DNA of 24,000 nt from Desulfogranum mediterraneum DSM 13871 (GTDB taxonomy: Bacteria > Desulfobacterota > Desulfobulbia > Desulfobulbales > Desulfobulbaceae): positions 126,855-150,854 of the forward strand of contig NZ_AUCW01000015.1 in assembly GCF_000429965.1 (NCBI RefSeq). Reading direction: 5' to 3'. Position 1 is the stretch's first letter, and the number at the start of each line of letters is the position of its first letter. Shown here in pieces: positions 8,825 through 17,465 of the stretch. The notes beneath the pieces were generated by a model, which saw nothing but the letters and a program-made list of their open reading frames with translations, searched no databases and was not told the origin of the DNA. The translations under genes were made by a program, and so were the position numbers.

Positions 8825-8888
8825 GCAAGCAAAATGTGGCGTCCGTACCTTCCTGGGCCGCGGACAGGGCCGCCCACCCCAGGGCGGA

Positions 8889-10874
8889 TCAAGGGCAGAC
8901 TTCGGGCCAGGGGCTGTCCAGGACCCTGCGAACCGTCTGGGCAAGAAGCCGGCTGGAGACAGGTTTGTGGAGGTAGGCACAGATACCCTCGGCCAGGGCG
9001 CTCTCCCGGTCATAGACATCAAAACTGCCGGTGCAGAGGATCACCCGCTGTCCCGGGCAAAGGGCAAAGATGGCCTTGGCCAGGGTCATCCCGGTGAGCA
9101 TGGGCATGGTCATGTCGGTGATGACCAGGTCATAGCGCCCAGGATTCTCCTGAAAGGAGGCCAGAGCCGCCGGACTTTCGCTGAAGGCCGTCACCTCATA
9201 ACCGAGTCGCTCCAGGGTCCGCTGCCAGATCAGGACAATGGCCTCTTCATCATCACAGAGCAGGACCCCCTCCCGGCCACGGGGTAAGGAGAGGATCTCC
9301 TCCTGAACTTCTCCAGGGAAGGGATCAGCACAGAGCGGCAGCTCGACTCTGACCTGGGTCCCCTGGCCGAGCCTGCTCTCCACCTCCAGCCCGCCCTTAT
9401 GACGCTGGGCAATACCGGAGACAATGGAGAGGCCCAGCCCTGTGCCCTGATGATCTTCCTTGGTGGTAAAGAGGGGATCAAAGATCCGGGCCAGCACCTC
9501 CGGCCCCATGCCGATGCCGCTGTCTCTGACCTCGAGTCTCTGGTAGCGGCCCGGTCCCAGAGGAAAGGTTCCACCCAGCAGTTCCGGTTGCTCTCTTTCC
9601 ACCACTCCCAAGCGCAGCGTCAACACCCCACCCTCGGGCATGGCATGGAGGGCATTGGTGCAGAGGTTGAGGATCAACTGGTGCATCTGGGTCGGATCGG
9701 CCAGGATCAGATCAGCGGAAGGCTCCAGCTGGGTGACAATCTCGATGCTGCTGGGAAAGGATGCCCGGAGCATCTTGACCAGTTCCTTGACCAGCTGCTC
9801 GAGCCTGAGGGGCTTCAGGTCTTCCTTACCCTGCCGGCTGAAGCCCAGGATCTGGCGGACCAGGTTCCTGGCCCGAATCCCGGCCTGCTCCACCTGTTTG
9901 AGATCCTCTCGCACCGGCCCGGGACAGGCCTCGGGGTCTGCCAGGATCATGCCGACATACCCCAGGATCACCGAGAGGATGTTGTTGAAGTCATGGGCGA
10001 TACCGCCTGCCAGCACACCGAGGGCCTCCATCTTCTGGGAGCGACGAAGCTGGATTGCCGTATTTTTCTGCTCCGTGATATCCAGAGAGACCTGCATCCG
10101 GACCATTCGCCCGTCCACCCAGGGAACGATCCGGTCATGGTTCTGGTACCAACGTCCGTTGCATGGGCGCAGCCCTTCCCAGATAATATCCGGGCTATCC
10201 GGGCTGGTTTGCTTGAGGAGTTGGGGATTGGTGCAGAAGCTACAGGGCTGGTGCTGGTCCTGAAAGGTCCGGAAACAGAGCCGGCCGCGCTGATCCCCGC
10301 CGAAATCCCGGCACATCTTATGGTTCATATAGAGGATCTGGAAATCCTCAAGATCGACCACCGAAACATGGGCCTCCATGCCATCCAGGACCGCAAGCAG
10401 GCGCTCGTGCTCCCGCTGTTTGCGCTGAAAATCACTCTCCACCTTTTTCCGACTGGAGATGTCAAAGAGCATGACCACAAACTGATCCGCCGCCAGGGGG
10501 GAGACCACACATTCAAACCAGCGGTCGGAATAGGGGGAGAAATATTCAAAACTGGATGACTGCCTGCCAACGATCACCTGGTTGCAGGTGTTCAGCCAGT
10601 CAAAGGAGCCGCTCTCGATCCCCGGAAAGAGCTGGCTTGCCCTTTTCCCAGCGGGATCCAGGCCGAGCAGACGAATAAATGCCGGATTCACCTCCAGGAA
10701 GCGACTGTCCGCAGGCGCACCGTTCCGGTCAAACAGCAGCTGGTGATAACTGATACCGATGGGGCTATCCTGGAAAATCGCCTGATATCTGGCCGGCAAC
10801 GGAGTCTGGTCCAAGCGCTCCTCTCCCTGTACGGCAGCGGTAGGTGTTGGTTCTGTGTAGCTTGATTGGTCCAT
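8889..10874 (-). CDS. Soluble hybrid sensor histidine kinase (2 PAS, HisKA, HATPase_c, C-terminal receiver)
   Basis: H-box GGIAHDFNNILSVILGY. N/G boxes NLCTNALHAM and DSGIGM...GTGLGLS. Receiver domain LLCDDEEAI...DLVITDMTMP...KP. I place the start at ATG 10874 (MDQSSYTEP..), which has a GGAGG SD 4 nt upstream. The 118-codon upstream extension in the track (to 11228) is AT-rich with no domain-like sequence. Confidence 0.85.
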   Translation of the reverse strand: MDQSSYTEPTPTAAVQGEERLDQTPLPARYQAIFQDSPIGISYHQLLFDRNGAPADSRFLEVNPAFIRLLGLDPAGKRASQLFPGIESGSFDWLNTCNQVIVGRQSSSFEYFSPYSDRWFECVVSPLAADQFVVMLFDISSRKKVESDFQRKQREHERLLAVLDGMEAHVSVVDLEDFQILYMNHKMCRDFGGDQRGRLCFRTFQDQHQPCSFCTNPQLLKQTSPDSPDIIWEGLRPCNGRWYQNHDRIVPWVDGRMVRMQVSLDITEQKNTAIQLRRSQKMEALGVLAGGIAHDFNNILSVILGYVGMILADPEACPGPVREDLKQVEQAGIRARNLVRQILGFSRQGKEDLKPLRLEQLVKELVKMLRASFPSSIEIVTQLEPSADLILADPTQMHQLILNLCTNALHAMPEGGVLTLRLGVVEREQPELLGGTFPLGPGRYQRLEVRDSGIGMGPEVLARIFDPLFTTKEDHQGTGLGLSIVSGIAQRHKGGLEVESRLGQGTQVRVELPLCADPFPGEVQEEILSLPRGREGVLLCDDEEAIVLIWQRTLERLGYEVTAFSESPAALASFQENPGRYDLVITDMTMPMLTGMTLAKAIFALCPGQRVILCTGSFDVYDRESALAEGICAYLHKPVSSRLLAQTVRRVLDSPWPEVCP

Positions 10875-10934
10875 GCAGCCTCCATGAGCCCTATGGATCA
10901 GAGCTCCATTCCACTGACAAGCCATCATAGTTGC

Positions 10935-10963
10935 ACTATATCCCAAGCAAGATTCCTGGTCAA
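10935..10963 (-). promoter_or_regulatory. Sigma70-type promoter candidate for the histidine kinase gene (TTGACC-N17-TATAGT)
   Basis: Minus strand carries TTGACC (10963-10958), an exact 17-nt spacer, and TATAGT (10940-10935), about 60 nt upstream of ATG 10874. Confidence 0.45.
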
Positions 10964-11241
10964 ACAGGCCTGCCACTCCTTTGGGATACGAAAGAGTGGA
11001 GATCCGATATCTCGGGAAGACAGAACCAGGGGATACAACCTGGGGAGAAAGGATTTCTTTGCCCAAACCACGGCTTTTGGGTATAGAACTGAAAACTCCT
11101 TTGAAAAAATTTATTTCTCGATCAAGCTCAAGCCATGGGAAGATTTGTACCCTAACGCAGAGATTGCAAGAGAAGCAGAAGGTGGCGGCTTCCCCAATTC
11201 CTGGACATTTTTTATCGTCCTCTTTCAATCAAAGAGACACC

Positions 11242-11910
11242 ATGATTCCAATACTCAGCTTTATCGGTTGGCATAACTCCGGAAAGACCACCATTGCCAG
11301 CCGAGTGGTCCGCCACCTCACAGAGGCCGGTTACAGCGTCGGGGTGATCAAGTCCAGCAAGGAAAGCGGCATTGCCGCTGACCAGCCGGGCACAGACACC
11401 CATGGCTATGCCCGGGCCGGGGCAGCGCAGGTGATGCTCGTTACCCCGGACCAGCTGCTCCTGCGCAGCCCTTCCCCGACACAGGACCTGCTCCAGCTGG
11501 TCGCCCTCCACTTCAGCACCATGGACCTGGTCCTGGTTGAAGGCTTCAAACACCACCCTGCCCTTGCCAAGATTGAGGTCCATCGGCGCGGTACAGACTT
11601 TCTCCATCTCCAGGTAGAGCAGGTGGTTGCCCTGGTGGCGGCAGAAGCTGTCCCGGGCCTTCCCTGGTTCAGCCCTGAGCAGAGCCTGGAGCTGGCCCGA
11701 TATATCATCACCACCTTCCTCAGTCACCCCGCCATCCCGGAAATCCACAGCCGCCTCTTGGTCAATGGCCGGGAGAGAGAACTCCCTGCCTGGGCAGAGC
11801 AGTCGATCCTCCGCACCCTGCATTCGGTGGCCGGCTCCATTACCCGGGATAGGGCAGGGGCTGAGAAGACCCTGGACTTTTCCCTGGTCTCCACCCTGCC
11901 CGCCCCTTAA
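11242..11910 (+). CDS. mobB: Molybdopterin-guanine dinucleotide biosynthesis adapter protein MobB (P-loop GTPase) with a C-terminal extension of about 55 aa
   Basis: MIPILSFIGWHNSGKTTIASRVV... (Walker A GxxxSGKTT), followed by VLVEGFKH and KIEVHR segments typical of MobB. True start is ATG 11242. The track ORF from 10981 is an upstream read-through of intergenic DNA. Confidence 0.8.
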   Translation: MIPILSFIGWHNSGKTTIASRVVRHLTEAGYSVGVIKSSKESGIAADQPGTDTHGYARAGAAQVMLVTPDQLLLRSPSPTQDLLQLVALHFSTMDLVLVEGFKHHPALAKIEVHRRGTDFLHLQVEQVVALVAAEAVPGLPWFSPEQSLELARYIITTFLSHPAIPEIHSRLLVNGRERELPAWAEQSILRTLHSVAGSITRDRAGAEKTLDFSLVSTLPAP

Positions 11911-11998
11911 TCCGCATCATCACCGCCAGCGGCTGAGCCCTGGCCGGCAGGAATCTCTCCGGCTCGGCAATTATCTCTGGAAGAGCTTCTCCTGACTG

Positions 11999-12014
11999 TG
12001 GTATACTTCCCGCA
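11999..12014 (+). promoter_or_regulatory. Sigma54-like -24/-12 element (TGGTATACTTCCCGCA) upstream of the second histidine kinase
   Basis: The GG (12000-12001) to GC (12012-13) spacing matches the TGGCAC-N5-TTGC register. The flanking bases are only partly consensus. It lies 54 nt upstream of ATG 12068, which lacks an SD. Confidence 0.25.
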
Positions 12015-12067
12015 GAGCAAGCAGTGCACCCTTTGGAAAATACCTCTCCATTCTTTTCCCGGATATC

Positions 12068-14728
12068 ATGACACCCAGCCGTCAACGACCGCAGCCTCCG
12101 GATCCCAGCAGTGACGGGGTCATCATCACCGACCGGGGGGGCCGGATCAGCTCCCTCAACCCCCTTGCCCGACAGTTAACCGGCTGGTCAACAGCCCAAG
12201 CCCTTGGCAGGCCGCTGGCAGAGGTATTTCAACTCCTCCAGCCATCAAGCGATCAAGCGCCCCCCCCTCAGCTTCCCCAGGCCCTGGCCCAGGGTTCCGG
12301 GCTGCAGCTCAACGACCTTCTCCTGCTCCAAGCTACAGGGGAGCGGCTGGTGATTACGGCTTCGGCATCTCCGCTGGAAGATGAACAGGGACAGCCCAGC
12401 GGGATGGTCCTGGTTTTTCGCGAGCAGAGAGCTGCGTACCAGGTACAACAGGCCCTGGAAGATAATCAGCGAACCCTTGCCACCCTAATGAGCAACCTCC
12501 CGGGCATGGCTTATCGCTGCCGGCTGGAACCTGGATGGACCATGGAGTTTGTCAGCAAGGGCTGCCTGCCCCTGACCGGCTACAGCGCCCAGGAACTCTC
12601 CTTCAGCAGCACGGTGAGCTTTGGTGAGCTGATCCATCCCGAAGATCGTCAAGGGGTCTGGGAAGGGGTCACCAGGGCCGTTGCCGCACACCAGCCCTTT
12701 CAGCTGGAGTATCGGATTAGCTGCGCCGATGGCCGGGAAAAATGGGTCTGGGAACAGGGACAGGGCGTTTTCGCCCCAGGAACAGATGAACCCCGTCACC
12801 TGGAGGGGTTTATCACCGATATCACGGCCCTTAAAAAGGCCGATGAAACCCGCCAACTCCACGAGCTCATCCTCTCCTCCACCGATGACCTGATGTCCTT
12901 TGTGGACAACAACCATGTCTACCGATTCGTCAACGATGCCTACCTCAAGGCCTTTGGCCTGAAACGTGAACAGATCCTGGACCACTCCGTTGAAGAGCTG
13001 GTCGGCCCGGAGGTCTATCATGAGATCATCAAACCCAAGCTGGACCGGGCCCTGAAGGGGGAGCTTGTTCGCTACGAGACCAGCATCGACTTCCCAGATA
13101 TCGGGCCCAGGATTCAAAGCATCAGCTACCATCCCTTCACCAATGCCCAGGGAGAGACCAGAGGGGTGGTGGTGGTCTCCAATGACGTTACCTCCATCAA
13201 ACAGGCGACCGCTGAAAAAGACCGCCTGATGTCGGCCATTGAACAGGCCTCTGAGGTGATCATGATCACCGACAGCCAGGGCGTGATCCAGTACGTCAAT
13301 CCGGCCTTCAGCCGACTCACCGGTTACAGCAGGGCAGAGGCCATCGGTACCACCCCGAATCTGCTCAAGAGCGGGGCCCACCACCCTGACTATTATCAGG
13401 ACCTCTGGCAGACCCTGCTTGCGGGCAGGACCTGGGAAGGACACTTTTCCAACCGGAAAAAAGATGGGACCATCTTTGAGGAGGAGGCCACCATCTCACC
13501 GGTAAAAAACAGCCAGGGGCTTATCACCAACTTTGTGGCGGTCAAGCGGGACGTCACCCGGGAACGAGCCCTGGAGGAACAACTGCGCCAGGCAACCAAG
13601 ATGGAGGCGATCGGTACCCTGACCGGGGGCATAGCCCATGACTTTAATAATATCCTGGCAGTGATCATCGGTTATGCGGAGCTGATCCAGATGCGCGTAC
13701 CACCAGAGTCAGCCACCAATCGAAACCTGGAGCATCTGCTCAACGCCGGCGCCAGGGCAACCGACCTGGTTCAGCAACTCCTCACCTTCAGCCGACAGAC
13801 CGATCACAGCAGCCAGGAAATACCTGGCCATCTCCTGGTCCGGGAAAGCATCAAGATGCTGCGCGCAACCCTGCCCAGCAGTATCCGGATCGAGGAAGAT
13901 CTGCCCGACTGCGGCACGGTCCGGGCCAATCCCACCAACATCCAACAGATCGTGCTCAACCTCTGTACCAACGCCGTTCAATCCATGGCCGATGACAAGG
14001 GAGATCTCCGGATACGACTCCGCCGCCAACAGCTCAACGCTGCTGACATTCCCCCAGGCCAGGAGGCCCTACCCGGCCCCTTTATGGTCCTGACCGTAGA
14101 GGATAGCGGTGCAGGGATTGCTCCCCAGGACATGGCCCGCATCTTTGAGCCCTACTTCACCACCAAACCCATCGGCAAGGGCACCGGCCTGGGGCTGTCC
14201 GTGGTCCACGGACTGGTCAGCGACTGCAAGGGCTTTATCAGCGTGGAGAGCAGGCTCAAGCAGGGAACCACCTTTCACGTCTTTCTCCCGGCAGGAAGCG
14301 GAGAGGGGGTACCCGCCTCCCGGCTGCCGGTTCAGCTGGTGCCGGAACAAAGCGCCAGCCCGCAGACCATCCTGCTGGTGGATGATGAGGAGATGCTGGT
14401 CACCATCAACCAACTGCGACTGGAGAAGGCAGGCTATCTGGTGGAGGCCTTTACCCGCCCCACCGAGGCCCTGAGCGCATTCCACCGGGAACCGGAGCGG
14501 TTCAGCCTCTTGATCACCGACCAGACCATGCCCGAGATGGGCGGCCTGGAGCTCTCCCAGGCCATGCTGGCCATCAAGCCATCCCTGCCCATCATCCTCT
14601 GTACCGGCTACAGTGCCACGGTTTCTCCTGAGCTTGCCCTCCAGGCAGGGGTTCAACAGTACCTTTGCAAACCCTTGAACACGAGCGAGCTGCTGACGGC
14701 TGTCCAAAAGGCACTCAGGCCGAGCTAA
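12068..14728 (+). CDS. Soluble hybrid sensor histidine kinase (4 PAS, HisKA, HATPase_c, C-terminal receiver)
   Basis: 886 aa with four PAS-like repeats. H-box GGIAHDFNNILAVIIGY. NLCTNAVQSM and DSGAGI...GTGLGLS boxes. Receiver domain ILLVDDEEML...LLITDQTMPEMGG...KP. Confidence 0.9.
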   Translation: MTPSRQRPQPPDPSSDGVIITDRGGRISSLNPLARQLTGWSTAQALGRPLAEVFQLLQPSSDQAPPPQLPQALAQGSGLQLNDLLLLQATGERLVITASASPLEDEQGQPSGMVLVFREQRAAYQVQQALEDNQRTLATLMSNLPGMAYRCRLEPGWTMEFVSKGCLPLTGYSAQELSFSSTVSFGELIHPEDRQGVWEGVTRAVAAHQPFQLEYRISCADGREKWVWEQGQGVFAPGTDEPRHLEGFITDITALKKADETRQLHELILSSTDDLMSFVDNNHVYRFVNDAYLKAFGLKREQILDHSVEELVGPEVYHEIIKPKLDRALKGELVRYETSIDFPDIGPRIQSISYHPFTNAQGETRGVVVVSNDVTSIKQATAEKDRLMSAIEQASEVIMITDSQGVIQYVNPAFSRLTGYSRAEAIGTTPNLLKSGAHHPDYYQDLWQTLLAGRTWEGHFSNRKKDGTIFEEEATISPVKNSQGLITNFVAVKRDVTRERALEEQLRQATKMEAIGTLTGGIAHDFNNILAVIIGYAELIQMRVPPESATNRNLEHLLNAGARATDLVQQLLTFSRQTDHSSQEIPGHLLVRESIKMLRATLPSSIRIEEDLPDCGTVRANPTNIQQIVLNLCTNAVQSMADDKGDLRIRLRRQQLNAADIPPGQEALPGPFMVLTVEDSGAGIAPQDMARIFEPYFTTKPIGKGTGLGLSVVHGLVSDCKGFISVESRLKQGTTFHVFLPAGSGEGVPASRLPVQLVPEQSASPQTILLVDDEEMLVTINQLRLEKAGYLVEAFTRPTEALSAFHREPERFSLLITDQTMPEMGGLELSQAMLAIKPSLPIILCTGYSATVSPELALQAGVQQYLCKPLNTSELLTAVQKALRPS

Positions 14729-14977
14729 TGGCAGTCCAAAAATGAGGTGTTTGGCTCAAGGGCTGGAAAAACAGAAAAAAACTGGATTGTATACAGAATT
14801 ACCTTTTATATCTGGCAGAAATCCCCCCCCGCAGCCTCCTCTGCAGATCCGGGCGCCACACGCCTCAAGCCAGCGGCAATTTACTGCTGCTCCTCTCTCC
14901 TCAGGCTCCTGACAAGATTGAAAGAGATACGTTTTTTGCCTTTGCCGCAACGGCAGACATCCAGCAGGCAGAGAGGA

Positions 14978-16384
14978 TTAAAAATGATCCAACTCAGTCA
15001 GGTATTCAAAAGACTCAGGACTCCTCAACACGCTGATCTTGCCATTATCGACACCGACGATGGCCGGCCTTGGAAAGGCAAACGTTGACGAATACGAAGA
15101 AAAATAGGCTCCTGCATCCATGACTGCGATGATGTCTCCAGGTTGAGCCTCAGGCAGCAATCGGTTTTTTGCGAGCCAATCTGCAGAAGTGCAGATCCTG
15201 CCCATAACCTGATAATTTGTGTTCATAGTTGCCTGCATGCGATTGGCGACAAATAGTTCATGGTACTCAAACTCTGCAGGGAAGGTCATGGACAACCTTC
15301 CGGCATCGGTTATAAGAAATCGAGTACCATTGGGTTTTGTCTTGACCGACAAGACCTTTGCCAACAATATTTCAGATCTGCTGGTTATAAATCTACCCGG
15401 TTCTATCAACAGTTTGGGTATCTTGAGACCAAGTTCCATACAGGAGACCTGCACTGCCGCGACGATCTCCCCTATAAAGAGATCAATGGCCTGAAACATG
15501 AGCGGGTCCGCAGGCTTTGGCAGGCAACCAAAGGTTCGATAGAGTCCGTACTCCACGCCACTCATATTTTTGGTTGTCGGTACACCGTAGCCTCCTCCTA
15601 TATCGAGATATTCGATCTGAATATCCAGCTCCTGCTGTAAGCAGCTGATAAAGGCAAGGGCTTTTTCAGCGTTGATCCTGTGGATCCAGGAATCTTTGGC
15701 ATTGCTTGTCACACTGAAGTGGACACAGCATAAATCCAGCCATTTTTCGTGGGCAATGATCTCCCTACAGACCTCCATTGCCTCTCCGCTATCGACACTC
15801 AAGCCAAACTGCGAGCTGTTTGACAACCCCAGGCGGACGCCGACCCTAGCCCTTCGACCGACGTCTTTGGCTGCCTGTACAATCCGCTGCACCTCTTCCC
15901 GATGATCCACGTTAACCGCCAACACATCCATTGTAACAGCAAGGCGCAAACTCTCATCACTCTTGTCGACACCGTTGTAGACCAGCTTGTCACCGGGGAC
16001 ATTCAATTTATGGGCAACCCATAGTTCGTAAGGAGAGATAACCTCCGCACCAAGCCCGTTTTCATGGAGGACTTGTAAAAGAGCTGGTATGCAGTTGGTT
16101 TTATATGAGTACAGCACCTTAGACCCTTCTGGCGCCTGGCGCATCGCCCCCATCATCTGCCCAATATCTTTCAAGAGTCTTTGATAATTAACAACCAGCA
16201 AGGGGGAGCCATAGTTATTTGCCAACTCTACACAGTCAAAATCGGCAACGCACAAGTGGCCTGCGGTACTTACAGTGCAATCCCAGAGGTCAGGGTCACG
16301 CAGCGAACTTGCCTGCTGCCATACGTGTGATTTCTTGACCAATGCCCTCGAAAGCACTCGCCAAAGATAAGGAACAGGATTCAT
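14978..16384 (-). CDS. Type-III (alanine-racemase fold) PLP-dependent decarboxylase, LysA/ODC/ADC superfamily. Substrate unassigned.
   Basis: PLP-lysine motif YSYKTN, phosphate-binding DIGGGYG, EPGR motif, and a C-terminal CTSAD...GDIIAVMDAGAY pattern typical of diaminopimelate/ornithine decarboxylases. GC content is visibly lower than the flanks. Start is ATG 16384 (GGTGG 9 nt upstream) or the track's TTG 16426. Confidence 0.8.
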   Translation of the reverse strand: MNPVPYLWRVLSRALVKKSHVWQQASSLRDPDLWDCTVSTAGHLCVADFDCVELANNYGSPLLVVNYQRLLKDIGQMMGAMRQAPEGSKVLYSYKTNCIPALLQVLHENGLGAEVISPYELWVAHKLNVPGDKLVYNGVDKSDESLRLAVTMDVLAVNVDHREEVQRIVQAAKDVGRRARVGVRLGLSNSSQFGLSVDSGEAMEVCREIIAHEKWLDLCCVHFSVTSNAKDSWIHRINAEKALAFISCLQQELDIQIEYLDIGGGYGVPTTKNMSGVEYGLYRTFGCLPKPADPLMFQAIDLFIGEIVAAVQVSCMELGLKIPKLLIEPGRFITSRSEILLAKVLSVKTKPNGTRFLITDAGRLSMTFPAEFEYHELFVANRMQATMNTNYQVMGRICTSADWLAKNRLLPEAQPGDIIAVMDAGAYFSSYSSTFAFPRPAIVGVDNGKISVLRSPESFEYLTELDHF

Positions 16385-16754
16385 AAGATCAGCCACCGAT
16401 ATCCGGTTACAATTACTTGAAATCAAACAACTTTCTTTGCCAGCTTACGGGTTCCCGTTTTACAGGAGGTGGTTCAAACAGCTCCCACATATCCTGCCGT
16501 TTTAAACAGATTTAACTGCAGTAAACGCAAAATTTGTGTAATGGCCTGATCATTTTCCAGAGATCTCATATAGGCCAGATTCAGCATGATAATAAGTCCG
16601 ATCCAGATTTGCGCCAGGACCGCATTTCTGCTGACACCAAGGAATATTTATATTTTCAACCACATGAAAAACAGCTCAATCTCCCATCGAGCCTTGTAAA
16701 TATCGGCTATCATTTTGGCGGCGAGGTGAAAGTTGTTGAGTACAGCAGGTCAAG

Positions 16755-17324
16755 AAAGAGCGTGACGACAGCAAACCCATAGCATTTTCTGTTATCCAAC
16801 TGGATAATGCTTATTGGGGAGGCAAAAAGCGTGATGGTCGTAGTGGACACGGCGCCACAGGTAAACTTCCTTTTATCGCTCCACTATTCACCAATAATCC
16901 GGGCCATCCTATTGAAATGCGCTTTAGCCAAGTTTCCGCTTTTTCCAAAGAAATCATCAAGGCTTGGGCCTCCAAGCATCTCTGTGCAGGTGATAATGTT
17001 GTCTCCGATGACCTTAATTGCTTTAATGACCTTGACGAAGCAGGTTTTGACCACAAAACCATTATCACCTGAGGTGGAACAAAAAGTGTCGAGATAGCGA
17101 AACTCAAATGGGTTAGTACGATGATCAGTAATGTAAACAGGGCATTGCATGATACTTTTCACTCAGTCAGCAAAATGCATTTCCCTCGATACCTCGCTGA
17201 GTCCTGCTTTCGTTTTAACCGCAGATTTGACCTGCGCCAGATGATACCCAGGTTCGTCTATGTGGCACTCAGGGTGCCGCCCTTTCCCCAGAGGCTCATG
17301 AAAGTGGCTGAGCTTTGTGGGTAA
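16755..17324 (+). pseudogene. IS1595-family (ISXO2-like DDE domain) transposase remnant: 5'-truncated and interrupted by an in-frame TGA
   Basis: My translation in the frame of 16800 reads LDNAYWGGKKRDGRSGHGATGKLPFIA...VVSDDLNCFNDLDEAGFDHKTIIT*GGTKSVEIAKLKWVSTMISNVNRALHDTFHSVSKMHFPRYLAESCFRFNRRFDLRQMIPRFVYVALRVPPFPQRLMKVAELCG*. This matches the ISXO2-like pattern (DDAYLGG...VSDG...HxxIvTGxG...KWVNT...HLPRYLAEFxYRFNRR). The stop at 17070-17072 aligns with a conserved Gly. About 140 N-terminal residues, including the zinc ribbon, are missing. Confidence 0.8.
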
Positions 17325-17465
17325 TCAGAATTGACTCAGTATTGTGTCACTATAAGCAATGGACTGAATGTCCTTTTATGTTAATGTGTTAGAGGGGTAA
17401 CATCACTATACACAGAAGAAGCTCTTCAGTCCTAATCTATTTTCTTAACCGGACAGCAGTGAAGA

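Noticed and set aside
9399-10559. 386-aa and 207-aa plus-strand ORFs inside kinase 1; 319-aa and 212-aa minus-strand ORFs inside kinase 2 (12485..13444, 14069..14707)
   Set aside because: They are antisense to genes with unmistakable HisKA, HATPase and receiver motifs, and no motifs of their own are recognisable.
10875-11228. N-terminal 118-codon extension of the kinase-1 ORF, and the 87-codon extension of the mobB ORF (10981..11241)
   Set aside because: Both extensions run through the same AT-rich divergent intergenic region on opposite strands and contain no domain-like sequence. Internal ATGs with better context (GGAGG before 10874; the canonical MobB N-terminus at 11242) are the likely starts.
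16440-16460. Sigma54 promoter (CTGGCAAAGAAAGTTGTT, minus strand) upstream of the decarboxylase
   Set aside because: The GG to TTG spacing is one nucleotide off the strict -24/-12 register.
16534-16782. 82-aa plus-strand ORF (..DRISADTKEYLYFQPHEKQLNLPSSLVNIGYHFGGEVKVVEYS..) as a gene or second transposase relic
   Set aside because: It vaguely reminds me of conserved segments in some IS transposases, but I cannot name a family. It starts with TTG and has no SD. It lies in the junk between the decarboxylase promoter region and the IS1595 relic. Only a BLASTX search could rescue it.
16884-17162. 92-aa minus-strand ORF and 98-aa minus-strand ORF (16811..17107) in the IS region
   Set aside because: They are antisense to the recognisable IS1595 transposase reading frame.
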